Sequence record: SRR31156797_4650
Length of the DNA stretch: 64,000 bases
Strand: one strand, 5' to 3'
In this document: in pieces, positions 1 to 9,038 of the stretch
Numbering within the stretch: the first letter of the stretch is position 1
How the letters are laid out: each line of letters starts with the position of its first letter
Notes under the pieces: model-generated
What the model was told of the DNA's origin: nothing
Seen by the model: only the letters and a program-made list of their open reading frames with translations
The model's database searches: none
Translations under genes and position numbers: made by a program

Positions 1-1
1 T

Positions 2-1234
2 GGCGTCATCAACAACAATACCGATGGCCAGCACAAGACCGAACAACGTCAACGTGTTGATGGAAAAACCAAGCACCGGGAAAAGCGCAAAGGTACCGAT
101 AAGCGAGACGGGTACACAAACCATGGGAATAATGGTCGTCCGCCAGTTTTGCAGGAAGATGAAGACCACCAAAAACACGAGAATCAATGCCTCGTACAAG
201 GTCACCATAACTTCGTCGATGGAGGACGAAACGAACAGAGTCGTGTCGTAAGGAATCTCATAATTAATGCCATGCGGGAAAGCGACGGACAATTCATTCA
301 TGGTCGAACGAATCTGAGCCGCTACATCCAGAGCGTTGGCGCCGGGAAGCTGATAAATAAGCATGGAAGCGGTAGGGCCACCATTCAGACGAGCAAAGGT
401 GAAGTAGTTCTTGGCACCAAGTTCTACCCGTGCGACGTCCTGAATCTTGACGGAACTGCCATCTTCGTTTGCCTTGAGGATGATGTTGCCGAATTCACTC
501 GGCTCAACCAGACGACCTTTGACGCGCAATGCCATCTGGAACTGTTGTCCCTGAGGCGCTGGCGGCATGCCTATCTGTCCCGCAGGAGCCTGAACATTCT
601 GCTCCTTAACCGCATTGATAACATCCGAGACCGTCAGGCCGTAGGTCGTCAACTTGTCAGGGTCGAGCCAGAGACGCATGCCGTAATCCTGATCACCGAA
701 CAACATGACATCGCCAACACCGGGAATACGCTTAAGCGCATCGTACAGGTTAATCTTCGCGTAGTTGTTAAGGAAAAGCGTATCATAGGCCGGATTATCC
801 GAGGTCAAGTTAATGATCAAGACGATATCCGGCGACCGCTTGTCAACGCTGATACCCGAGTTACGAACTTCCTGCGGCAACTGGGCCGTGGCAAGGTTCA
901 CACGGTTCTGCACGTCAACGGTTGCGAGTTCGAGATCACGCCCTAACTCGAAGGTTACGGTCAAAGCCATGGAGCCGTCATTGGCCGAAATGGAAGACAT
1001 ATAGAGCATGTCCTGCGCACCGTTGACTTGCTCCTCGATAGGTGTGGCAACGGATTCCATGACGGTCTGCGCGTCAGCACCGGTATATGAGGCGCTGACC
1101 TGCACCGATGGCGGCGCAATTTCCGGGTACTGGGCGATAGGTAGGGCGAAAATGGACAGCCCGCCCACCAACAAAATGATAATGGCTAAGACCGACGAAA
1201 AGATTGGCCGATCAATAAAGAATCTGACGAACAT
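2..1234 (-). CDS. RND efflux permease (AcrB/HAE1 family), 5' part; runs off the window edge
   Basis: Not in the ORF track. Manual translation from the ATG at 1234 gives MFVRFFIDRPIF...LPIAQYPEIAPP...NTLTLFGLVLAIGIVVDDA, all AcrB signatures. Starts 3 bp after the MFP stop. Confidence 0.95.
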   Translation of the reverse strand, partial: MFVRFFIDRPIFSSVLAIIILLVGGLSIFALPIAQYPEIAPPSVQVSASYTGADAQTVMESVATPIEEQVNGAQDMLYMSSISANDGSMALTVTFELGRDLELATVDVQNRVNLATAQLPQEVRNSGISVDKRSPDIVLIINLTSDNPAYDTLFLNNYAKINLYDALKRIPGVGDVMLFGDQDYGMRLWLDPDKLTTYGLTVSDVINAVKEQNVQAPAGQIGMPPAPQGQQFQMALRVKGRLVEPSEFGNIILKANEDGSSVKIQDVARVELGAKNYFTFARLNGGPTASMLIYQLPGANALDVAAQIRSTMNELSVAFPHGINYEIPYDTTLFVSSSIDEVMVTLYEALILVFLVVFIFLQNWRTTIIPMVCVPVSLIGTFALFPVLGFSINTLTLFGLVLAIGIVVDDA

Positions 1235-1237
1235 GAT

Positions 1238-2470
1238 CTAGCTGTCCTTCTTTTCAGTATCCTGAGCTTCGGCAGCAGGCGCAGCTTCGGGTGCGGGCTG
1301 GGAACCATCATCAGTCATAGGAACGACGATTGGCTTGAGGTCCATCCCCGGACGCACTCGACGAATACCGTCAACAACAACCATGTCGCCGACTTTCAAT
1401 CCCTCGCTGACAACAATCAAATGGTTGACTTCGAAACCGAGCTTCACGGGCTGACTCTTGACTTTGCCGTCTTCGCCGACCACGTAGAGAGATTTCATTC
1501 CCTGCACGTCCATGACTGCGCGGGCCGGGACGACCACTGCATCATCGATGTTCGTAATAAGCACTCGAACCTTGGCGTACTGACCAGGCCTGAGCATATT
1601 CTCTGGATTGGGGAAGACGACACGAATACCCAATGTACCGGTCTGAGGGTCAATCGTCGGATCGACCATACTGACCTGACCGTCGTGATCATATTCGCTG
1701 CCATCGGAAAGAAGTAACCGAATCTGACGGTCTGTATCCTTTTCCATACGGCTACGGGTAGCCCGCACATAGTCATTTTCACTAATACTGAAACTAACAT
1801 AAACCGGGTCCTGTGTAGAAATAGTGGCAAGCAACGTATTTTCACCCTGACCAACAAGGTTGCCAACGTCTACTTTCACACGACCAATAAGACCGTCAGT
1901 GGAAGCATAAATTTTAGTATATCCGAGTTGAATCCTCGCATTTTCAACCTTAGCCTGATTGTCGCCAATCTGTGCCTGATAGGTCGCAACCTGCGTCTGA
2001 TAGCTTTCATACTCATCGCGGCTGACTACACCTTCATCATAGAGTTTCTTAAACCGCTCAAAATCCTTTTTCGCTTTGGTGTACAAGGCTTGATTATATT
2101 GCAGACCGGACTGAGCCTGTTTCAAATCCTCTTCAAAAGGCTTGGGATCGATGACGAACAACAGGTCGCCCTTCTTAACACTCCCACCTTCCTCGAAATT
2201 CCGCTTGATCAAGAATCCGGCCACGCGTGCCCGAACCTCAACGGTTTCGACAGCACTGATCTGCCCTACGAACTCACCCCATTGCGGCATCGTTCGAGTT
2301 TCGGCCTTGACGACCTTCATCGGTACGGGCCCCTGAGGAGCCTGAGCCGCTTTATCTTCATCGCTGCCACAACCGGCAGCCATCAAAACGAGTACAACCA
2401 AAGACAGGAGGAGAGCTCCGCGCAGACCTTTCTTCACCATGACAAAAACCTTATTGGAGGGTTTATTCAC
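1238..2470 (-). CDS. RND periplasmic adaptor (MFP) lipoprotein
   Basis: Lipobox LMAAGC; EVRARVAG and LRPGQY motifs; directly upstream of the RND permease. The start may be a later Met. Confidence 0.93.
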   Translation of the reverse strand: MNKPSNKVFVMVKKGLRGALLLSLVVLVLMAAGCGSDEDKAAQAPQGPVPMKVVKAETRTMPQWGEFVGQISAVETVEVRARVAGFLIKRNFEEGGSVKKGDLLFVIDPKPFEEDLKQAQSGLQYNQALYTKAKKDFERFKKLYDEGVVSRDEYESYQTQVATYQAQIGDNQAKVENARIQLGYTKIYASTDGLIGRVKVDVGNLVGQGENTLLATISTQDPVYVSFSISENDYVRATRSRMEKDTDRQIRLLLSDGSEYDHDGQVSMVDPTIDPQTGTLGIRVVFPNPENMLRPGQYAKVRVLITNIDDAVVVPARAVMDVQGMKSLYVVGEDGKVKSQPVKLGFEVNHLIVVSEGLKVGDMVVVDGIRRVRPGMDLKPIVVPMTDDGSQPAPEAAPAAEAQDTEKKDS

Positions 2471-2656
2471 ATCAATCCCAAAGACCCTATGTTCAATTCA
2501 AGGCATCTTAAACGGAAAATGTACGTATGTACACCGTGTTTTACACTAAAATACATACCTATAGACACTCTTTACATCTTCCCGGTTATTGACTCCGAAG
2601 ACGCCAGACCGTATCTAATGGCGAGTGACAACGCATCCGTCAAAATGGAGAGGAAC

Positions 2657-2947
2657 ATGGCTGACGACAATACATGCAAAGACAACCCCATGAAGGGTGT
2701 CCCCATCGACATTAATTTTACCACTTTCATCTATTCCCTTTCTTCTTCGGCCATGGTTGCCTTGGGCGAAGCTCCTGAACCGGGAACAGGCAAAGTGGAA
2801 TTCCAACCGCAACTCGCGAAGCATACCATCGACATGCTGGGCATGCTCAAAGAAAAATTCGATAACGGCTTGGATGACGAAGAACAAAAACTGCTCTGCG
2901 ACATCGTGTATAATCTGCGCATGTCCTATGTGAACAAGACAAAATAA
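2657..2947 (+). CDS. DUF1844 family small protein
   Basis: RBS GAGAGG, ATG at 2657. Sequence INFTTFIYSLSSSAMVALGE...AKHTIDMLGML...LRMSYV fits DUF1844. The upstream part of track ORF 1928..2947 is an antisense shadow. Confidence 0.8.
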   Translation: MADDNTCKDNPMKGVPIDINFTTFIYSLSSSAMVALGEAPEPGTGKVEFQPQLAKHTIDMLGMLKEKFDNGLDDEEQKLLCDIVYNLRMSYVNKTK

Positions 2948-2959
2948 TCGGAGAGGCAC

Positions 2960-4015
2960 ATGTCTCAGACTATCAAAGCAGGATTGGTCGGTGTAACCGG
3001 CTATACCGGCATGGAATTGGCACGTCTCATGATCCATCACTCCTCCATGGAGCTGGTTCGGGTCACTTCGCGCTCGGAAGCAGGCAAAACACTTGCCGAC
3101 ATATACCCTTTTCTGAGCCGGTTGCCGCTGGGTGATCTGATCATCACCCAGCCTGATCCCAAGGATTTAGCCGAAGAGTGCGACGTGGTTTTTCTGGCCG
3201 TACCGCACAAGACCGCCATGGAAATCGCAGCCACCCTGCTGGACGAAGGCGTCAAAGTCGTCGATCTATCCGCAGATTTCCGCATCAATGACAAGGCGAC
3301 TTATGAGCAATGGTACGATGTGGAACACACCCGTTCGGAGCTGCTTACCGAAGCCGTTTATGGGTTGCCTGAACTTTATCTCGAGCAAATCATGGGCGCT
3401 CGACTCATTGCCAACCCCGGTTGTTATCCGACATCAAGCATTCTGGGACTGGCCCCGGCTCTTACAAATGGGTTCATTGAGACCGACGATATCGTTATTG
3501 ATGCCAAATCCGGTGCATCTGGTGCAGGACGAGGAGCCAAAGTCGGATCTCTGTTCTGTGAAGTGGCAGACTCCTTCAAGGCATATGGTCTCCCCTCGCA
3601 CCGACACACCCCTGAAATCGAACAGGAAATTTCCAAGTTGGGCAAGACCGACATAACGGTCTCCTTCAACACCCACCTGCTGCCCATCGATCGTGGCATC
3701 CTGTCCACCATCTACACCAAGTTGACAGATGACACTTCATTGAACGACATCCATGCGGCGTACACTGAATTTTATGCGGACAAGCCCATGGTACGAGTTT
3801 TACCCAAGGGCCAACTCCCTGAAACCCGCTTCGTGCGCGGCACGGTATTCTGCGACATCGGGTTGGTAGTCGATCCTCGCACCAACCGACTGGTCATTCT
3901 GTCCGCCATCGACAACCTGTGTCGCGGAGCATCCGGTCAGGCGCTCATGAACGCCAACTTGATCTGTGGACTCGACATTGACGAAGGGCTGCCCATGGCC
4001 CCCATGATGCCATAA
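2960..4015 (+). CDS. argC: N-acetyl-gamma-glutamyl-phosphate reductase
   Basis: GVTGYTG, DLSADFR, IANPGCYPT (catalytic Cys), SGASGAGR and DNLCRGASGQA motifs. Confidence 0.97.
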   Translation: MSQTIKAGLVGVTGYTGMELARLMIHHSSMELVRVTSRSEAGKTLADIYPFLSRLPLGDLIITQPDPKDLAEECDVVFLAVPHKTAMEIAATLLDEGVKVVDLSADFRINDKATYEQWYDVEHTRSELLTEAVYGLPELYLEQIMGARLIANPGCYPTSSILGLAPALTNGFIETDDIVIDAKSGASGAGRGAKVGSLFCEVADSFKAYGLPSHRHTPEIEQEISKLGKTDITVSFNTHLLPIDRGILSTIYTKLTDDTSLNDIHAAYTEFYADKPMVRVLPKGQLPETRFVRGTVFCDIGLVVDPRTNRLVILSAIDNLCRGASGQALMNANLICGLDIDEGLPMAPMMP

Positions 4016-4041
4016 ATTCTCCCACCTATTCTCATGATTTT

Positions 4042-4076
4042 AAAGGCCGCTTAAAAAAGCGGCCTTTTCTTTTTTT
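4042..4076 (+). terminator. Rho-independent terminator after argC
   Basis: AAAGGCCGCT-N6-AGCGGCCTTT followed by a T-run. Confidence 0.85.
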
Positions 4077-4131
4077 CAAGAATAGTTATCATGTAGAGAA
4101 GTCGTCAACCAGCTACAGGAAGGGTACTCTT

Positions 4132-4743
4132 ATGGATTTCGCCAACATTCTTATTAAAAGACGGGCAATTAACTTTTTTGATCCAACACGTGATGTATCT
4201 GATGACCAGATCAAGATGCTACTCGAGGAAGCGGTCAAGGCACCATCAAGCTTCAATTTACAACCTTGGAAGATCAAAATTGTGCGCGACACTGAACGTA
4301 AAACCGCTTTACGTTCGCTGGCCTTTGACCAGCCCAAAGTAACCGAGGCTCCGGTAATCCTGATGGTGCTTGCCGACCGGGATGGCTGGAAAGAAGGGTG
4401 CGACACATTGGAAAAACATTTTACCAACAATCTCCAGCCTGAACAGCGTGAGTGGTTCATCAACACGACAAGTGCGCTTTATGGCAATAGCGAGGCGGCC
4501 AGTCAGGCCTTTGCCAACAAAAACGCAGGACTGTTTGCCATGTCACTCATGTTTGCAGCGACCCACCACGGCCTGCATACACATCCCATGGATGGATTTG
4601 ACCACGAAGCGGTCAAAAAAGAATTCACCATCCCGGACAATTACTGGATTCCCATGCTCATCGCGGTCGGACATCTCAATCCCGGTACGGAAATCCACCC
4701 CAAGGCATGGCGACAGTCTGCAAATGAAATGATTTTGGAATAA
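4132..4743 (+). CDS. Nitroreductase family protein
   Basis: RRAINFF, APSSFNLQPW and THPMDGFD motifs. Confidence 0.92.
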   Translation: MDFANILIKRRAINFFDPTRDVSDDQIKMLLEEAVKAPSSFNLQPWKIKIVRDTERKTALRSLAFDQPKVTEAPVILMVLADRDGWKEGCDTLEKHFTNNLQPEQREWFINTTSALYGNSEAASQAFANKNAGLFAMSLMFAATHHGLHTHPMDGFDHEAVKKEFTIPDNYWIPMLIAVGHLNPGTEIHPKAWRQSANEMILE

Positions 4744-4755
4744 GAACAAAAATAT

Positions 4756-4822
4756 GCCGCTACGCGGTTATTATGGAGAAGTTCGCCTCCGACGACCAAA
4801 GGTCGAGGGCCTTTGAAATCCC
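4756..4822. repeat. Putative REP-like intergenic palindromic element
   Basis: Small hairpin GCCGC-TAC-GCGGT, then GCCTCCGACGACCAAAGGTC-GAG-GGCCTTTGAAATCCC containing a second hairpin. It resembles intergenic repeats I recall from Desulfovibrionaceae. Only one copy in this window. Confidence 0.4.
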
Positions 4823-4893
4823 ATCCTTTGACAAGGACAAAAAAAGGGAAGCCCAAAGCCCCCCCCTTGTAATATTTACTGCAAAATTATGCA

Positions 4894-5355
4894 TCATCGC
4901 CATACGGCATACGCTGAAGCCTTCCTAAAGAGTGCAATCAAAGCGACCAATCCCATCATGGCTGCCAGCCCAAGATGCATCCATTCAATGGTGACAATGG
5001 CCATCGGGTCCAATGTTACGCTCGGCATATTACGGTAGACCCGCAGCAAGCCACTCACCAAGAGCCCTCCCAGAATAACGGACCGGACCACGCCGAATCG
5101 AGTGAGAACCAGCCGTTCCTTCCATTCCAACAGCCAATTCATGACCGCCAACGCAACCACGAACAACAAAAGAGCAGCCAGCACATAGTGCAATTTATGC
5201 ACAAAGAAAAAATCACCGGTCCAGGCCATACCCGGAACCTCGGTCAAATAGTATCGTTTCGCCAACGGCATCTGGAGCAAACCGGTAACACCAAGACTCG
5301 TCATGGCAAAAAGGAACAATCTCGATATCCATATGGAATACGGTCTAGCTTTCAT
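4894..5355 (-). CDS. 4-TM membrane protein, partner of the 4Fe-4S protein (cytochrome b-like His residues)
   Basis: Four hydrophobic segments; His in HKLHY and WMHL; overlaps the stop of the upstream gene. Confidence 0.7.
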   Translation of the reverse strand: MKARPYSIWISRLFLFAMTSLGVTGLLQMPLAKRYYLTEVPGMAWTGDFFFVHKLHYVLAALLLFVVALAVMNWLLEWKERLVLTRFGVVRSVILGGLLVSGLLRVYRNMPSVTLDPMAIVTIEWMHLGLAAMMGLVALIALFRKASAYAVWR

Positions 5356-6355
5356 TGCCGCCCTCCTCTTCAGAGCTTTTCAGGAGTTTGGCTCCCACAC
5401 CAAGAAACCCGGCAACAACACCGGCCATAGGGGCCAAAATTGTCGCTGTCGCAAGATTGGTTTCATCTTTCATGACATCCTCGACCTTTGCCATATGTGG
5501 CTTGCCCTTACCCTTTTCAACGCCCTTATTGAGCAAATCGAACGGAACCGGAGAAACATACAGGGTATTAGTCCCCCCATTCTCGTTCAGACCGTAAATG
5601 AATCCATTCATACTCTTGGCCAAGGCTTTGGCCTTGGCCAAGATCTCCCGGCGCGGCCCGATGGTCTGCACGTCCTCGGGACAAGCCGAAATACATGCCG
5701 GCAATTCGCCCTTGTCCAACAACTGATAACAACGGTCACACTTATACATAACCCCATTACCTGCGAAACGTGGCATGAGATCCAGGTACAACCCTACGCC
5801 CGACTGTCGTTGCGGGATGTGCCACGGACAGACCGCCCGACACTTGGCTCCTCCCATGCATAACTGATCGCTGATCTTGGTAATGCCATTGAGTTCCTTA
5901 TTGGCCGCACCAAATGGACACAAGTTGGCGCACGGTGGATTCTGACAATGCATACACCGTCGAGGTATATAAATATCATACTCCTCACCATTATACTCAC
6001 CTGTAGCATTCTGCAAAAACAACCAATTGTAGGGGGTCAACCTGTCATCCACATCACGCTTTTCCGACCAATCCTCGGGCTTTGCCCGCTTGGCAGGTAC
6101 GATATTCGGAAAAGGCTTGGTGGGCTCAGGAAATTTAGCAGCATTGAATTCACGACATGCAGACACACACTCGCCACACCCGATACACTTGGATAAATCA
6201 AGCAGGGTAGCCAATTCTCCATCCGACGGTTTAGGGACTCTCAATTCAGAGGCAACGGTAACGGACGGGATAAGCACCCCAGCCCCTCCCACGCCAAGAG
6301 CTTTCAAAAATCCACGACGGCTAACGCGAGCAGAAGATCCTTTTTTTGTACCCAT
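5345..6355 (-). CDS. Tat-exported 4Fe-4S dicluster protein (HybA/FdnH/NrfC-like) with C-terminal TM anchor
   Basis: SRRGFLK twin-arginine motif; four Cys groups (CIGCGECVSAC, CMHCQNPPCANLCP, CMGGAKCRAVCP, CDRC...CISACP); C-terminal hydrophobic helix. Confidence 0.88.
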   Translation of the reverse strand: MGTKKGSSARVSRRGFLKALGVGGAGVLIPSVTVASELRVPKPSDGELATLLDLSKCIGCGECVSACREFNAAKFPEPTKPFPNIVPAKRAKPEDWSEKRDVDDRLTPYNWLFLQNATGEYNGEEYDIYIPRRCMHCQNPPCANLCPFGAANKELNGITKISDQLCMGGAKCRAVCPWHIPQRQSGVGLYLDLMPRFAGNGVMYKCDRCYQLLDKGELPACISACPEDVQTIGPRREILAKAKALAKSMNGFIYGLNENGGTNTLYVSPVPFDLLNKGVEKGKGKPHMAKVEDVMKDETNLATATILAPMAGVVAGFLGVGAKLLKSSEEEGGNES

Positions 6356-6418
6356 ATCAATATACACCTCATATTTAGTGTGCAGGCTGATCTAATATGC
6401 ATTCAAGACAACATCCAC

Positions 6419-6450
6419 ATACCCTATAGGGGTATATTTACACATGTCAA
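6419..6450 (-). promoter_or_regulatory. Sigma70 promoter with overlapping CsoR/RcnR-family operator
   Basis: Minus strand TTGACA (6450-6445)-N18-TAGGGT (6426-6421). Pseudo-palindrome ATACCCTATAGGGGTAT at 6419-6435. Confidence 0.7.
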
Positions 6451-6571
6451 GATGGACATAATTCTATCAAAATATCTTTTTTTAGGGAAAAACAACGTCA
6501 AATAAACATTATATATCATCACTAACCATCCTAAATAACACGCTTTTAACAACATTCCTCATTCTGAACAA

Positions 6572-6599
6572 TTGACACAATTCATACCTCTGTTGTAAT
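6572..6599 (+). promoter_or_regulatory. Candidate sigma70 promoter of gltA
   Basis: TTGACA-N16-TGTAAT in AT-rich intergenic DNA. Confidence 0.45.
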
Positions 6600-6759
6600 A
6601 GCAGATGAATAACAAACGAGTCCATAAATCAAGACAGCGCATCGACCGCAACTATCGGCCAAAATCATCGGCCACCTGGCCCAGTCCAGCAAACGAATAT
6701 CATTCTGCCTCCGACATGATCGGAGTCGCTAGGTCGACGGCAAAAGACAAGGAAATGAC

Positions 6760-8067
6760 ATGGGAAAAGAGAACACAACGACATCGGATCAGAAAGCAAA
6801 GCTGACCATAGGTGATGCAACCTATGAGCTCCCCATTATCGTAGGCACGGAAAACGAACACGCAATCGACATCACGAACCTTCGCTCCGAAACCGGCTTC
6901 ATCTCCTATGATCCAGGCTACGCCAACACAGGATCATGCTCCAGCAACATAACCTTTGTTGATGGTGAAAAGGGCATACTTCGATACCGAGGATATCCCA
7001 TTGAAGAACTCGCGGCCCAAGGCACTTTCATAGAGACCGCATATTTGTTGATTTTCGGAGAATTGCCGACCCGCGCCCAACGTCAAGAATTTCGCCAGCT
7101 TCTCGACGAACAGGAACTGCTGCATGAAGACCTGCGTCACCATTTCGAAGGGTTCCCGTCCAACGGTCATCCCATGGCAATCCTGTCTGCGGTTATTAAC
7201 GCACTCGGCTGCTATCATCCTGACCTGCTGCAAATCAATACCGAAGAGGAATTTCTCCGCGCTGCGGCCAAAATCATTTCCAAAGTACGCACCATCGCGG
7301 CATGGTCATATCGCAAGGCACACGGCCTGCCGTTCATGTACCCGGACCCCAAGTTGACATATTGCCGCAACTTCCTGCACATGATGCACTCTCTCCCGCA
7401 CAGACCGTTTGAGCCGACCGACGCTCAGGTACGAGCACTGTCCTTGTTCTTTCTGCTCCATGCAGACCATGAACAAAATTGTTCATGCTCTACGGTACGC
7501 ATGGTTCAGTCAACGGAAGCTAACATGTTCGCTTCGGTTTCCGCCGGTATCTGCGCCCTTTGGGGGCGTCTGCATGGCGGGGCCAACGCAGGCGTAATCG
7601 CCATGCTCGAACAGATCAATGAAGGAGATCTGTCCGTCAAACAATGCATTGAGCGGGTCAAACAAAAGGAATTCCGGCTCATGGGCTTCGGTCACCGCAT
7701 ATACAAGTCATTCGACCCACGCGCCAAGATATTGCGCGAAGCAGCCCATAACATGCTCGAATCGACGGGATACAGTGATCCGTTACTCGACATTGCACTG
7801 GAACTGGCAGATACTGCCTTGAATGATGAATATTTCACCGAACGAAAACTCTATCCAAACGTGGACTTCTACTCCGGTATTATCCTGCGTGCGCTCGGCA
7901 TTCCAGTAAACATGTTCCCCGTGATGTTCGCCATTGGACGCATGCCAGGTTGGATTGCCCACTGGAACGAGGCCAACACTGACGGTGTCACTAAAATCCA
8001 CCGTCCGCGCCAGATTTACACAGGCCTTGCACCGCGCAAATATGTGCCGTTGGATTCACGACTGTAG
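6760..8067 (+). CDS. gltA: Citrate synthase (Si-type, type II-like)
   Basis: GILRYRGYPIE, LHADHEQN, LHGGAN, LMGFGHRIY and YPNVDFYSG motifs. Confidence 0.96.
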   Translation: MGKENTTTSDQKAKLTIGDATYELPIIVGTENEHAIDITNLRSETGFISYDPGYANTGSCSSNITFVDGEKGILRYRGYPIEELAAQGTFIETAYLLIFGELPTRAQRQEFRQLLDEQELLHEDLRHHFEGFPSNGHPMAILSAVINALGCYHPDLLQINTEEEFLRAAAKIISKVRTIAAWSYRKAHGLPFMYPDPKLTYCRNFLHMMHSLPHRPFEPTDAQVRALSLFFLLHADHEQNCSCSTVRMVQSTEANMFASVSAGICALWGRLHGGANAGVIAMLEQINEGDLSVKQCIERVKQKEFRLMGFGHRIYKSFDPRAKILREAAHNMLESTGYSDPLLDIALELADTALNDEYFTERKLYPNVDFYSGIILRALGIPVNMFPVMFAIGRMPGWIAHWNEANTDGVTKIHRPRQIYTGLAPRKYVPLDSRL

Positions 8068-8073
8068 GCTGTT

Positions 8074-8850
8074 ATGATAGAAAAAGAGATCAGGAAGATC
8101 GCCTGTGTGGCGTCAGAAACTCCTAAAGCACAGGAGGGACTCACCATTCTGGCTGAACGCTACCCATTAGCGAACATAGCCGATGCTGATGTCCTGGTTG
8201 CTTTGGGTGGTGACGGATTCATGCTCCAGACGATCCACGAACACATGGATACCGGCCTGCCCATTTATGGCATGAACCGAGGTACCATAGGCTTCCTGCT
8301 CAATCAGTTCAATCCTGACAACCTGCTGGAACGACTCAACACAGCACAGGTACACGCTCTCAACCCGTTGGTCATGTCTGCTTTCACAGTGGACGGCCAA
8401 CAGGTCTCAGCGCTGGCCTTTAATGAAGTCGCCCTGCTTCGCTATTCCCAGCAGTCCGCCAACATCCGAGTCTCAATCAACGGTAAACAACGTCTTGAGA
8501 ATCTGGTCTGTGATGGAATTATGGTAGCGACACCAGCCGGCTCCACCGCATATAATCTGTCTGCAAGAGGACCAATAATCCCACTTGGGTCCAATGTCCT
8601 TGCCCTGACACCGGTCAGTCCATTTCGGCCCCGCCGCTGGAACGGCGCACTCCTGCCCCATTCCGCCAGCGTAGAATTCGAGATACTGGATGCTAAACGC
8701 CGCCCAGTTGGCGCATCGGCAGATTCTTTCGAAGTCCGGGATGTCGCGCATATCACGATCAAAGAAGACCATTCCCGTCCGGCCTGTATCCTTTTCGACC
8801 CGGACCACTCACTTGAGGAGCGCATTTTTAACGAACAATTTGTCCATTAG
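8074..8850 (+). CDS. nadK: NAD kinase
   Basis: GGDG, NE and DGIMVATPAGSTAYNLSARGP motifs. Confidence 0.93.
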   Translation: MIEKEIRKIACVASETPKAQEGLTILAERYPLANIADADVLVALGGDGFMLQTIHEHMDTGLPIYGMNRGTIGFLLNQFNPDNLLERLNTAQVHALNPLVMSAFTVDGQQVSALAFNEVALLRYSQQSANIRVSINGKQRLENLVCDGIMVATPAGSTAYNLSARGPIIPLGSNVLALTPVSPFRPRRWNGALLPHSASVEFEILDAKRRPVGASADSFEVRDVAHITIKEDHSRPACILFDPDHSLEERIFNEQFVH

Positions 8851-9038
8851 CGCCCATCGCCTAAAAATAATTCGAATCACGTTCCTGTGGCAAACAAATT
8901 CCAAGAAATGGATTTTGCCGTTATTGTACAAATAGGGGATTAAGGTATACTGTGCGCGAGCTTTAAACGAATTTCTCACTCCGGCCCCATTTATACGACT
9001 GACTCGACCGGAGTTCACATCATACATTGTAGGTACTT

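Noticed and set aside
149-946. 265-aa + strand ORF
   Set aside because: Antisense shadow of the AcrB-type gene on the minus strand.
1928-2656. N-terminal extension of the 339-aa ORF
   Set aside because: Overlaps the MFP gene antisense; the real start with an RBS is at 2657.
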